Origin: Mobula hypostoma
Lineage: Eukaryota
Direction of reading: 5' to 3'
DNA length: 64,000 nucleotides
NCBI RefSeq assembly: GCF_963921235.1
Contig: NC_086100.1
Span: forward strand, 199,270,001-199,334,000
Below the pieces are notes generated by a model. That model did no database searches. It saw only the letters and a list, made by a program, of their open reading frames with translations, and had not been told where the DNA came from. Each line of letters opens with the position of its first letter. Positions within the stretch are counted from its first letter, which is position 1. The position numbers and the translations under genes are program-made. Positions 49,096-60,999 of this stretch are shown here, piece after piece.

Positions 49096-52000
49096 TTTTC
49101 CTTTTTGACCTTTCAGACCAACAGGGCTACGTAGGAGGGAAAGGTTAGACTGACCTTGGTTAGAAGGTGGTTACAAATTGTGAGCTGGAGGGCCTGTACT
49201 GTGCTGTCATGTTCTCTGTTCTATTTAATGACCGGATTCAACTAAGAACTAAAAGGCTCTGCATTTATTGCACACCAGAGGCTATCTTCCAGGCGGCCCC
49301 TTAGCATCGAGTTTGAATTTCTCTCTGAGTCAAAGGTGGTTGATCAAAGTTCAAATTAAATTCATCATCAAAGTACCGATCTGCTCCCATATATTCAAAA
49401 TGCTGGAGGAACTCACCTGGCCAGGCAGCATCTACGGAAAAAAGTACAGTCAACATGTCGGGTCAAAACCTGATGTAGTTATAAAGAAGGCAAGACAGTG
49501 GCTATACTTCATTTGGAGTTTGAAGAGATTTGGCCTGTTGACAAGTACAATCAAAAACTTCTATAGTTGTACCGTGGAGAGCATTCTGACAGGCTGCATC
49601 ACTGTCTGGTATGGAGGAGCTACTGCACAGGACCAAAAGCAGCTGCAGAGGGTTGTAGATCTAGTCAGCTCCATCTTGGGTACTAGCCTACAAAGTACCT
49701 AGGACACTTTCAGGGAGCGGTGTCTCAGAAAGGCAGCATCCATTATTAAGGACCTCCAGCACCCAGGGCATGCCCTTTTCTCACTGTTACCATCAGGTAG
49801 GAGATACAGAACCCTGAAGGCACACACTCAGCGATTCAGGAACAGCTTCTTCCCCTCTGCCATCCGATTCCTAAATGGGCATTGAAGCTTTGGACACTAC
49901 CTCACTTTTCTAATATACAGTATATCTGTTTTTGCACATTTTTCAAAATCTATTTTTTTTAAATCAGAGCAAGAGGCTGAGAGAGAAGGAGTAAGAAATC
50001 TCAGAGAGAAGTCTTTTTTTTTCACACTGCTCGGGAAAAGAGGCCAGACTGCGCAGGGGCGTGACGTAGAGCACCAAAGGTTTAAAAAAAAAAGACCACC
50101 ATATACAGCTGGCAGCGTAGTGAGAGGGAGCAGAGTGGGACGGCTTCGGTGTGAATAGGCAGAGGTGAGGGTAGGTTCCGGTAAGTTTTGTTTTGTTTGT
50201 TTAGAGTAGAGAGAATGCCAGGCCGGATGTTGGAATGCTTCTCTTGCAGGATGTGGGAAGTCAGGGAGCCCTCTGGTGTCCCTGACAACGACACCTGCAA
50301 GAAGTGCATCCAGCTGCAGCTCCTGACAAACCACGTTAGGGAACTGGACCAGGAGCTGGATGACCTGCGGATCATTCGGGAGAATGAGGAGATTATAGGT
50401 AGTAGCTACAGGGAGGTAGTTACGCCAAAGGAGCAGAGGACAGGAAATTGGGTCACCGTCAGACGAGGGAAGAGGAAAGGACAGGCAGAGCAGGGTTCCC
50501 CTGTGGCCATTCCCCTCAACAATAAGTATACCGCATTGGATACTGTTGGGGGGGATGACTTAACCTGGGACTAGCTGCAGTAGCTGGATCTCTGGCACTG
50601 AGTCTGGCTCTGCAGTGCAGAGGGGAGGGTGGAAAAAGAGGAGAGCGGTAGTGATAGGGGACTCGATAGTTAAAGGTGCAGATAGGAGGTTCTGTGGTCG
50701 TGACAGAGACTCCCAAATGATTTGTTGCCTCCCGGGTGCCAGGGTCAAGGATGTCTCTGATCGATTGCATGATATTCTGAAGTGGGAGGGTGATCAGCCA
50801 GATGTCGTGGTGCACATCAGTACCAATGACATAGCAAGGAAGAGTGAGGAGGTCCCGGACAGTGAGTATAGAGAGCTTGGTAGGAAGTTAAAAAGCAGGA
50901 CCTCAAGGGTGGTAATCTCAGGATTGCTACCTGTGCCACGTGCCAGTGAGGGTAGGAATAGGATGCTCTGGCGGATAAACATGTGACTGAGGAACTGGTG
51001 TAGGGGGCAGGGTTTCAAATTTCAAGATCACTGGGACCTCTTGTGGGGCAGGTGGAGCCTGTACAAGAGAGACAGGTTACACTTGAACTACAAGGGAACC
51101 AATATCCTTGCAGGGAGGTTTGTTAATGCTGCTGGGGAGGGTTTAAACTAGATTTGCAGGGGGATGGGAACCAGAGTGCCAGAGTAGATAGTGGAGTGGG
51201 GGTGAAAATAAATGATGTTAAAAGTCCATGCAAAGTCACAAATAGAAGCGTTGTGTGTGGTGGTAATAATCTTCTGAGGTGTGTCTATTTGAATGCTAGG
51301 AGTATTGTGGGGAAGGCTGACGAGCTGAGGGCGTGGATTGACCCATGGAATTACGACGTTATAGCAATTAGTGAAACTTGGCTACAGGAGGGGCAGGACT
51401 GGCAGCTTAATGTTCCAGGGTTACGATGTTTCAGACATGATAGAGGCAGAGGAATGAAGTGTGGGGGGGGGGGTGGCATTGCTTGTCAGGGAAAATGTTA
51501 CAGCAGTGCTCAGGCAGGACAGATTAGAGGGCTTATCTGCCGAGGCCATATGGGTGGAGCCGAGAAACAGGAACGGTATGACCACATTAATGGGGTTGTA
51601 TTCTAGACCACCCAATAGTCAGTGAGAATTGGAGGAGCATATCTGCAGAGAGATAGCAGACAACTGCAGGAAACATAAAGTTGTGATAGTAGGGGATTTT
51701 AATTTTCCCCATATTGATTGGGATTCCCATACTGTTAAAGGTCTAGACGGGTTAGTGTTTGTAAAATGTGTTCAGGAAAGTTTTCTAAATCAATATATAG
51801 AGGTACCAACTAGAGAGGATGCAACATTAGATCTCCTATTAGGAAAAGAGTTAGGACAGGTGATGGAAGTGTGCATAGGGAAACACTTTGGTTCCAGTGA
51901 TCATAACACCATTAGTTTCAACTTGATCATGGATAAAAATAGATCTGGTCCTCGGGTTGAGGTTCTAAACTGGAAAAAGGCCAAATTTGAAGAAATGAGA

Positions 52001-53509
52001 AAGGATCTCAAAAGCGTGGATTGGGACAGGTTGTTCTCTGGCAAGGATGTGATTGGTAAATGGGAGACCTTCAAAGGAGAAATTTTAAGAGTGCAGAGTT
52101 TGTATGTTCCTGTCAGGATTAAAGGTGAAGTGAATAAGAATAAGGAACCTTGGTTCTCAAGGGATATTGGAACTCTGATAAAGAAGAAGAGAGAAATGTA
52201 TGACATGTACAGCAAACAAGGAGCAAATAAGGTGCTTGAGGAGTATAGAAAGTGCAAAAAAATACTTAAGAAAGAAACCAGGAGGGCTAAAAGAAGACAT
52301 GAGGTTGCTTTGGCAGTCAAGGTGAAAGATAATCCAAAGAGCTTCTACGGGTATATTAAGAGCAAAAGGATAGTAAAGGATAAAATTGGTCCTCTTGAAG
52401 ATCAGAGTGGTCGGCTATGTATGGAACCAAAAGAAATGGGGGAGATCTTAAATGGGGTTTTTGCATCTGTATTTACTAAGGAAGCTGGCATGGAGTCTAT
52501 GGAAATAAGGCAAACAAATAGTGAGGTCATGGAATCTATACAGAGTGTTGAAAAGGAGGAGGTGCTTGCTATCTTGAGGCAAATCAGAGTAGATAAATCC
52601 CCAGGACCTGACAGAGTATTCCCTCAGACCTTGAAGGAGACTAGTGTTGAAATTGCAGGGGCTCTGGCAGATATATTTAAAATGTCGGTATCTACGGGTG
52701 AGGTGCTGGAGGATTGGAGAGTGGCTCATGTTGTTCCATTGTTTAAAAAAGGCTCAAAAAGTAATCCGGGAAATTATAGGCCAGTAAGTTTGACGTCGGT
52801 AGTAGGTAAATTATTGGAAGGAGTACTAAGAGATAGGGTCTACAAGTATTTGGATAGACAGGCACTTATTAGGGAGAGTCAACATGGCTTTGTGCGAGGT
52901 AGGTCATGTTTGACCAATCCATTGGAGTTTTTCGAGGAGGTTACCAGGAAAGTGGATGAAGGGAAGGCAGTGGATGTTGTCTACATGGACTTCAGTAAGG
53001 CCTTTGACAAGGTCCCGCATGGGAGGTTAGTTAGGAAAATTCAGTCGCTAGGTATACATGGAGAGGTGGTAAATTGGATTAGACATTGGCTCAATGGAAG
53101 AAGCCAGAGAGTGGTAGTGGAGGATTGCTTCTCTGAGTGGAGGCCTGTGACTACTGGTGTGCCACAGGGATCAGTGCTGGGTCCATTGTTATTTGTCATC
53201 TATATCAATGATCTGGATGATAATGTGGTAAATTGGATCAGCAAATTTGCTGATGTTACGAAGATTGGAGGTGTAGTGGACAGTGAGGAAGGTTTTCAAA
53301 GCTTGCAGAGGGATTTGGACCAGCTGGAAAAATGGGCTGAAAAATGGCAGATGGAGTTTAATACAGACAAGTGTGAGGTATTGCACTTTGGAAGGACAAA
53401 CCAAGGTAGCACATACAAGGTAAATGGTAGGGCACTGAGGAGTGCAGTAGAAGAGACAGATCTGGGAATACAGATACAAAATTTTTCCCTAAAAGTGGCA
53501 TCACAGGTA

Positions 53510-55699
53510 CAGTTGAGTCAGAAGTTTACATACACCTTAGCCAAATACATTTAAACTCAGTTTTTCACAATTCCTGACATTTAATCCTAGAAAACATTTC
53601 CTGTCTTAGGTCAGTTAGATAGATTAGATTATGAAGGCACGCAGTCCTCTTTCATTGTCATTTAGTAATGCATGCATTAAGAAATGATACAATATTTCCT
53701 CCAGTGTGATATCACAAAACACAGGACAGACCAAGACTGAAAAAACTAACAAAACCACATAGTTATAACATATAGTTACAACAATGCAACATTACCATAA
53801 AACTTGATGAAGAAGTCCATGAGCACAGTAAAAAGTTCAAAGTCTCTCAAATGTCCCACATCTCACGCAGATGGGAGAAGGAAGAAAAACTCTCCCTGCC
53901 ATGCCGACCACAGTCCGACTCTGAGTCATCTGAAAACTTCGAGCCTCCGATCAGCTCTCCGACACTGAGTACTGAGCGCCATCTCTATCTGAACGATTCG
54001 ACCTCAATCTTGGTCACCAACAGCAGACAAAGCCAGGGATTTTGAGGCCTTCCCTCCGGAAGATTCCCGACCGCGCAGAACAACAGCAACGAACTGGCGT
54101 TTCAGAAATTTCTCCAGATGTTCCCCTGTGCTTTCACGTCCGTCTCCATCAAAGCAGAATTGTCAGTTAGGATCACTACTTTATTTTAAGAATGTGAAAT
54201 GTCAGAATAATAGTAGAGAGAATGATTTATTTCAGCTTTTATTTCTTTCATCACTTTCCCAGTGGGTCAGAAGTTTACATACACTTTGTTAGTATTTGGT
54301 AGCATTGCCTTTAAATTGTTTAACTTGGGTCAAACGTTTTGGGTAGCCTTCCACAAGCTTCTCACAGTAAGTTGCTGGAATTTTATTCCATTCCTCCAGA
54401 CAGAACTGGTGTAACTGAGTCAGGTTCGTAGGCTGCCTTGCTCGCACACGCTTTTTCAGTTCTGCCCACAAATTTTCTATCAGATTGAGGTCAGAAAATG
54501 ATGTCAAGTCTGGTTCATCCTTGGGAGCAGTTTCCAAACACCTGAAGGTACCATGTTTATCTGTACAAACAATAGTACGCAAGTATAAACACCATGGGAC
54601 CACGCAGCCGTCATACCACTCAGGAAGGAGACGCATTCTGTCTCCTAAAGATGAACGTACTTTGGCGCGAGAAGTGCAAATCAATCCCAGAACAACAGCA
54701 AAGGACCTTGTGAAGATGCTGGAGGAAACAGGTAGACAAGTATCTATACCCACAGTAAAACGAGTCCTATATCGACATAACCTGAAAGACTGCTCAGCAA
54801 CGAAGAAGCCACTGCTCCAAAACCGCCATAAAAAAGCCAGACTACAGTTTGCAAGTGCACATGGGGACAAATACATTACTTTTTGGAGAAATGTCCTCTG
54901 GTCTGATGAAACAAAAATTGAACTGTTTGGCCATAATGACCATCGTTATGTTCGGAGGATAAAGGGTGAGGCTTGCAAGCTGAAGAACACCATCCCAACT
55001 GTGAAGCATGGGGGTGGCAGCATCCTGTTGTGGGGGTGCTTGGCTGCAGGAGGGACTGGTGCTCTTTACAAAATAGATGGCATCATGAGGAAGGAAAATT
55101 ATGTGGATATACTGAAGCAACATCTCAAGACATCAGCCAGGAAGTTAAAGCTCAGTCACAAATGGGTCTTCCAAATTGTCAATGACCCCAAGCATGCCTC
55201 CAAAGTTGTGGCAAAATTGCTTAAGAACAACAAAGTCAAGGTATTGGAGTGGCCATCACAAAGCCCTGACCTCAATCCGATAGAAAATTTGTGGGCAGAA
55301 CTGAAAAAGCGTGTGCGAGCAAGGAGGCCTACAAACCTGACTCAGTTACACCAGTTCTGTCTGGAGGAATGGAATAAAATTCCAGCAACCTACTGTGAGA
55401 AGCTTGTGGAAGGCTACCTGAAACGTTTGACCCAAGTTAAACAATTTAAAGGCAATGCTATCAAACATTAACAAAGTGTATGTAAACTTCTGACCCACTG
55501 GGAAAGTAATGAAAGAAATAAAAGCTGAAATAAATCATTCTCTCTACTATTATTCTGACATTTTATATTCTTAAAATAAAGTAGTGATCCTTACTGACCT
55601 AAGACAGGGAATGTTTTCTAGGATTAAATGTCAGGAATTGTGAAAAACTGAGTTTAAATGTATTTGGCTAAGGTGTATGTAAACTTCTGACTTCAACTG
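53510..55699 (+). mobile_element. Sleeping Beauty/Tss1-like Tc1 transposon; transposase about 54506-55471 lacks its N-terminus
   Basis: TIR CAGTTGA(A)GTCAGAAGTTTACATACAC and TA TSD (53508-09, 55700-01) splitting the CR1 at CAGGTA|GATAGGG. WSDE...(D>V)NDPKH...SPDLNPIENLW motifs. Confidence 0.95.
53619..54161 (-). mobile_element. 5'-truncated non-LTR element inserted in the left TIR of the Tc1
   Basis: TSD GTCAGTTAG (53610-18, 54162-70); same family as 10088-10705. Confidence 0.8.
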
Positions 55700-57057
55700 T
55701 AGATAGGGTCGTAAAGAGAGCTTTTGGTACATTGGGCTTTATAAATCAAAGTATTGAGTACAAAAGTTGGAATGTTATGATGAGGTTGTATAAGGCATTG
55801 GTGAGGCCGAATTTGGAGTATTGTGTTCAGTTTTGGTCACCAAATTACAGGAAGGATATTAATAAGGTTGAAAGAGTGCAGAGAAGGTTTACAAGGATGT
55901 TGCCGGGACTTGAGAAACTGAGTTACAGAGAAAGATTGAATAGGTTGGGACTTTATTCCCTGGAGCGTAGAAGAATGAGGGGAGATTTGATAGAGGTATA
56001 TAAAATTATGATGGGTATAGATAGAGTGAATGCAAGTAGGCTTTTTCCACTGAGGCAAGGGGAGAAAAAAACCAGAAGACATGGGTTAAGGGTGAAGGGG
56101 GAAAAGTTTAAATGGAACATTGGGGGGGGCTTCTTCACGCAGATAGTGGTCGGAGTGTGGAATGAACTGCCAGATAAAGTGGTAAATGCGGGCTCACTTT
56201 TAACATTTAAGAAAAACTTGGACAGGTACATGGATGAGAGGTGTATGGAGGGATATGGTCCAGGTGCAGGTCAGTGGGACTAGGCAGAAAAATGGTTCGG
56301 CACAGCCAAGAAGGGCCAAAAGGCCTGTTTCTGTGCTGTAATGTTCTATGGTTCTATTCAATATACGTAATTCATTTACTTATTTATTATTATGCTTTAT
56401 TTTTTCTCTCTCTCTCTCTGCTAGATTACGTATTACATTGAACTGCTGCTTCATGACTAATCAAGAACCTATCAACCTCCGCTTTAAATATACCCAATGA
56501 CTTGCCTTCCACAGCCCTCTGTGGTAATGAATTTCACAGATTCACCAGCCACTAGCTAAAGAAATTCCTCCTCATCTCTATTCTAAAGGGACATTCTTCT
56601 ATTCTGAGGCTGTGCTCTCTGGTCCTAGACTCACCCACCATAGGAAACACCCTCTCTATCGAGGCCTTTTAATATTCGATAGGTTTCAATGAAATCCACC
56701 CCCCCCCCAACCTGGAGTTTCTTAGTCCCACCTTGAATGTCCCTCCTCCACTTTGAGTTCCCATTAACCAGGGATTCCCAAAAGGTGAGGGATGTTACAT
56801 TACTTCGGTTCTGAGCATGTACATTAACCATTCCCCCTCGGACTAGATCGAATAATGGCTCGACACGGACCAGATGGGCCAGAAAGCCAATTTCTGTGCT
56901 GTCGTACTCCATGACTCTATTACTACAGCACCTTCTTTAGGAGTTTGGTGCTGGGCTTGCAGAAAGATCAGGGCCGCAGTGCCAAGGATATCAGCGCAGG
57001 AGAAGAAGATGACGTTCCTTTGCTTCTTGCCTAACAGTAGTTGGTTGGCACAGTAGC

Positions 57058-57890
57058 ATAACAGTTACCATGTTGCTTTACAGTGTCTGTGACCAGGGTT
57101 CAATTCAAAACAGTTACCATGTTGCTTTACAGTGTCTGTGACCAGGGTTCAATTCAAAACAGTTACCATGTTGCTTTAGAGTGTCTGTGACCAGGGTTCA
57201 ATTCAAAACAGTTACCATGTTGCTTTAGAGTGTCTGTGACCAGGGTTCAATTCATAACAGTTAGCATGTTGCTTTACAGTGTCTGTGACCAGGGTTCAAT
57301 TCAAAACAGTTACCATGTTGCTTTAGAGTGTCTGTGACCAGGGTTCAATTCAAAACAGTTACCATGTTGCTTTAGAGTGTCTGTGACCAGGGTTCAATTC
57401 ATAACAGTTACCATGTTGCTTTAGTGTGTCTGTGACCAGGGTTCAATTCAAAACAGTTACCATGTTGTTTTAGTGTGTCTGTGACCAGGGTTCAATTCAA
57501 AACAGTTACCATGTTGTTTTAGTGTGTCTGTGACCAGGGTTCAATTCAAAACAGTTACCATGTTGCTTTAGAGTGTCTGTGACCAGGGTTCAATTCAAAA
57601 CAGTTAGCATGTTGTTTTAGTGTGTCTGTGACCAGGGTTCAATTCAAAACAGTTACCACGTTGCTTTAGAGTGTCTGGGACCAGGGTTCAATTCAAAACA
57701 GTTAGCATGTTGCTTTACAATGCCTGTGACCAGGGTTCAATTCAAAACAGTTAACATGTTGCTTTACAATGCCTGTGACCAGGGTTCAATTCATAACAGT
57801 TAGCATGTTGCTTTACAATGCCTGTGACCAGGGTAAAATTCATAACAGTTAGCAAGCTGCTTTACAGTGTCTGTGACCCAGGTTCAATTT
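57058..57890 (+). repeat. 49-bp tandem array (about 17 copies) amplified from the tRNA-like head of a V-SINE
   Basis: Unit aaacagttaccatgttgctttagagtgtctgtgaccagggttcaattca; preceded by the SINE start ggcacagtagcat and followed by the V-domain. Confidence 0.9.
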
Positions 57891-57989
57891 TCAATTCCCA
57901 CCACTGTCTGTAAGGAGTTTGTATGTTCTCCCTGTGACTGTATGGATTTCCTCTGGTTGCTCCAGTTTCCTCCCACAGTCCAAAGACAA

Positions 57990-59170
57990 ACATTCCAAAG
58001 GGATCTGGGAATACAGGTCCATTATTCATTGAAGGTGGTGTCACAGGTAGATAGGGTCGTAAAGAAAGTTTTTGACACATTGGCCTTCATAATCAAATTA
58101 CTGGGTACAGGAGATGGGATGTTAATTTGAAGTTGTATAAGACGTTGCTGAGGCCTAATTAGGAGTGCTGTGTGCAGTTTTAGTCACCAATTTACAGCAG
58201 AGATGTAACCAAGCCTGAGAGAATACTGAGAAATGTTACTGGGACTCGAGGACCTGAGTTATAGGGCAAGATTGAATAGGTTAGGATTTTATTCCCTGGA
58301 GCATAAGAGAATGAGGTGAGATTTGATGGAGGTATACAGAATTATGAGGGGTATAGACAGGGGTTTTCCGCTGAAGTTGGGTGAGACCAGAACCCAGCTG
58401 TCATAGGTCATAGGTTAAGGGTGAAATGTTAAAGGAGGACCTGAGAGGGAATTCTTTCCCCCCAGAGGGTAGTGAGAGGGCAGAAAGATCTGTCAGCGGG
58501 TGATTGAGGATTTGTAAGACCATAAAACATAGGAGCAGAATCTGGCCATTTGGCCCATCAAGTCTGTTCTGCTATTCCATCATGGCCGATTTATTACCCC
58601 TCAAACCCCATCCTCCTGCCTTCTGCCTCTAACCTTCCACATTCTGGTTAATCAAGACCTATCGAGCTCCACTTTAAACAGACTCAGTGATGTGGCCTCC
58701 ACAGCTGTCTGTGGCAACGAATTCTGCCAATTCATGACCCTTCGGCTACAGCAATTCTTCCTCATCTCTGTTCTAAATGGACATCCCTCTGGTCCTAGAC
58801 TTCCCCACTATAGGAAACATCCTTTCCATATCCTCTATGTCCAGGCGTTTCGATGAGATCTCCTATTATTCTTCTAAACTCCAGTGAGTACAGGCTCAGA
58901 GCCAGCCAACACTCCTCACACAATAACCCTTTCATTCTGTGATCTTTCTCATGAATCTCCTCTGGACCCTCTCCAATGCTAGCACATCTTAGTTTAGACA
59001 AGGGGACCAAAACCGCTCACAAAGCTGCAGGTACCGTCTGACCAGTGCCTTATAACCCTGATTACATCCTTGCTTTTACATTTAGTCCTCAAGAAATAAA
59101 AGCTAACTTTGTATTTGCCTTCCTCACTGACTCAACCTACAAATTAACCTTCAGGGAATTCTCCACAAGG
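57990..59170. mobile_element. Two degenerate CR1 3' fragments (plus about 57990-58500; minus about 58515-59170)
   Basis: RDLGIQVH.SLKV..QVDRVVKK and CR1 3' UTR motifs in opposite orientations. Confidence 0.75.
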
Positions 59171-59464
59171 ATTCACAATTTTCTTCACAGATAGAAAACA
59201 GACCACACTATTCTGTTTTTTTAGAAGCGGGTGGGGCAATGGCAAAGATGGGGAAGAGTGCAGCTTCCGAGGGACATGAGATCCAGGATGAGAAGTCTAC
59301 AAATAAATCAACAGGCCATGCCTATTTTAATTAATTTATTAAAAAAACCCCACCAAAATAAATAAATATATATATATATTTTTAAACACGGGGCGAGTGA
59401 GGTCTGGACCTGACGTCCCGTTCACCCAGGGAAAGTGTACGCGCAATACATCGCCTCTCCTTTC

Positions 59465-60058
59465 CCGGTGTAGTGATTGCCGCGTGGTCACTGTCTGGCC
59501 TGCTGGGCAGCGGCCACTGCAAATGGCCTCTCCTACATTACTGCGTCCGGAGCAACACCTTCTCGCCGGTGCCCCCCCGTTTCCACCGAGCTTGCTCGGT
59601 CATGGCGCGACCGAGTGTCCAGCGGTGTAACTGGATGGATTGGCTGGGCTCGTTAGCCTTGGTTGGAATTGGCAGCCAGCCTCAGAGAGGGACAACTCTG
59701 AATCCAAACCCGGGCAGGTGGGGCTTGTTAGCCTTGACAGGCCATCCACCTCAGACAAGGACACTCCGACGTAAATCCTACCACCCAAGGACCTCGTTGT
59801 CACCGTCCCAGCTTGCGAGGCTATGGCAGATGAACCCGGGTGTAAAGGGTGGGGCCAGTACCGCGCTCACTGCACTCCACCTAAAATACCATTGCGCAGG
59901 CCGAAGGACAGGCCCACGCCTACGACCATCCTCCCCGGTCATTCAGCCACTGTGGCTGGGCCTGCCTGTCCCGTATTGGCCTCGTCAGCCACCAGCGAGC
60001 CTGCAAAAGATGTGGGCAGCCCCCTCCCTAAATCTTCGTTTGCGAAGCCAAGCCATGA
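59465..60058 (+). mobile_element. Probable non-autonomous RTE-derived element (5' UTR joined to 3' end)
   Basis: RTE-like 5' motif ggcagccagcctcagagagggacaactctgaatccaaacc and 3' end aatcttcgtttgcgaagccaagcc. Family call from recognition only. Confidence 0.4.
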
Positions 60059-60087
60059 TTTTTTAAAACAGATATTGCACGAACCGC

Positions 60088-60988
60088 GCCACACCACACA
60101 GCAACCCACCTATTTAACCACAGAACCACACCGTCCAGCAAACCACCTATTTAACCACAGAACCACACCACACCGCAAACCACCTATGTAAACACAGAAT
60201 CACACAACAGTGTCCAGCAACCCACCTATTTAACCACAGAACCACACCACACCACACAGCAACCCACCTATTTAACCACAAATCCACACCACACCACACA
60301 GCAACCCACCTATTTAACCACAGAACCACACCGTCCAGCAAACCGCCTATTTAACCACAGAACCACACCACACCGTCCAGCAAACCACCTATTTAACCAC
60401 AAATCCACACCACACCGTACAGCAAACCACCTATTTAACCACAGAACCACACCACACCGCAAACTACCTATTTAACCACAGAACCACACCACACTGTCCA
60501 GCAAACCACCTATTTAACCACAAATCCACACCACACCGTACAGCAAACCACCTATTTAACCACAGAACCACACCACACCGCAAACCACCTATTTAACCAC
60601 AGAACCACACCACACCGTCCAGCAAACCACCTATTTAACCACAAATCCACACCACACCGTACAGCAAACCACCTATTTAACCACAGAACCACACCACACC
60701 GCAAACCACCTATTTAACCACAGAACCACACCACACCGCAAACCACCTATTTAACCACAGAACCACACCACACCGCAAACCACCTATTTAACCACAGAAC
60801 CACACCACACCGTCCAGTAAACCACCTATTTAATCACAGAACCACATCACACCGTCCAGTAAACCACCTATTTAACCGCAGAACCTCACCGGCCAGTAAA
60901 CCACCTATTTAATCACAGAACCACACCTCACCATCCAGCAAACTACCTATTTAATCACAAAATCACACCACACCGTCTAGCAAACCAT
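60088..60988. repeat. C/A-rich minisatellite, about 35-40 bp unit (aaaccacctatttaaccacagaaccacaccacaccgtccagc)
   Basis: More than 20 visible tandem copies. Confidence 0.92.
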
Positions 60989-60999
60989 CTGAAACACAA

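Larger units (their letters stand above)
49955..56352 (+). mobile_element. Near full-length CR1 LINE (same family as 30331-34695), interrupted by a Tc1 element
   Basis: ORF1 pieces 50188-51151, ORF2 51154-53509 and 55702-56283, TTCTATGG tail, probable TSD TCTATT (49949-54, 56353-58) within a Rex1-like 3' end. Confidence 0.95.

Noticed and set aside
54289..54876. Second transposase gene on the minus strand (195 aa)
   Set aside because: Chimera of antisense sequence and the inverted duplicate of the transposase C-terminus.
56928..57028. Possible minus-strand exon of a neighbouring gene (KKQRNVIFFSCADILGTAALIFLQ...)
   Set aside because: Weak splice signals and no recognisable homology; cannot be supported without a search.
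57058..57890. CRISPR-like regular repeat
   Set aside because: Head-to-tail units without unique spacers, SINE-derived, eukaryotic context, no cas genes.
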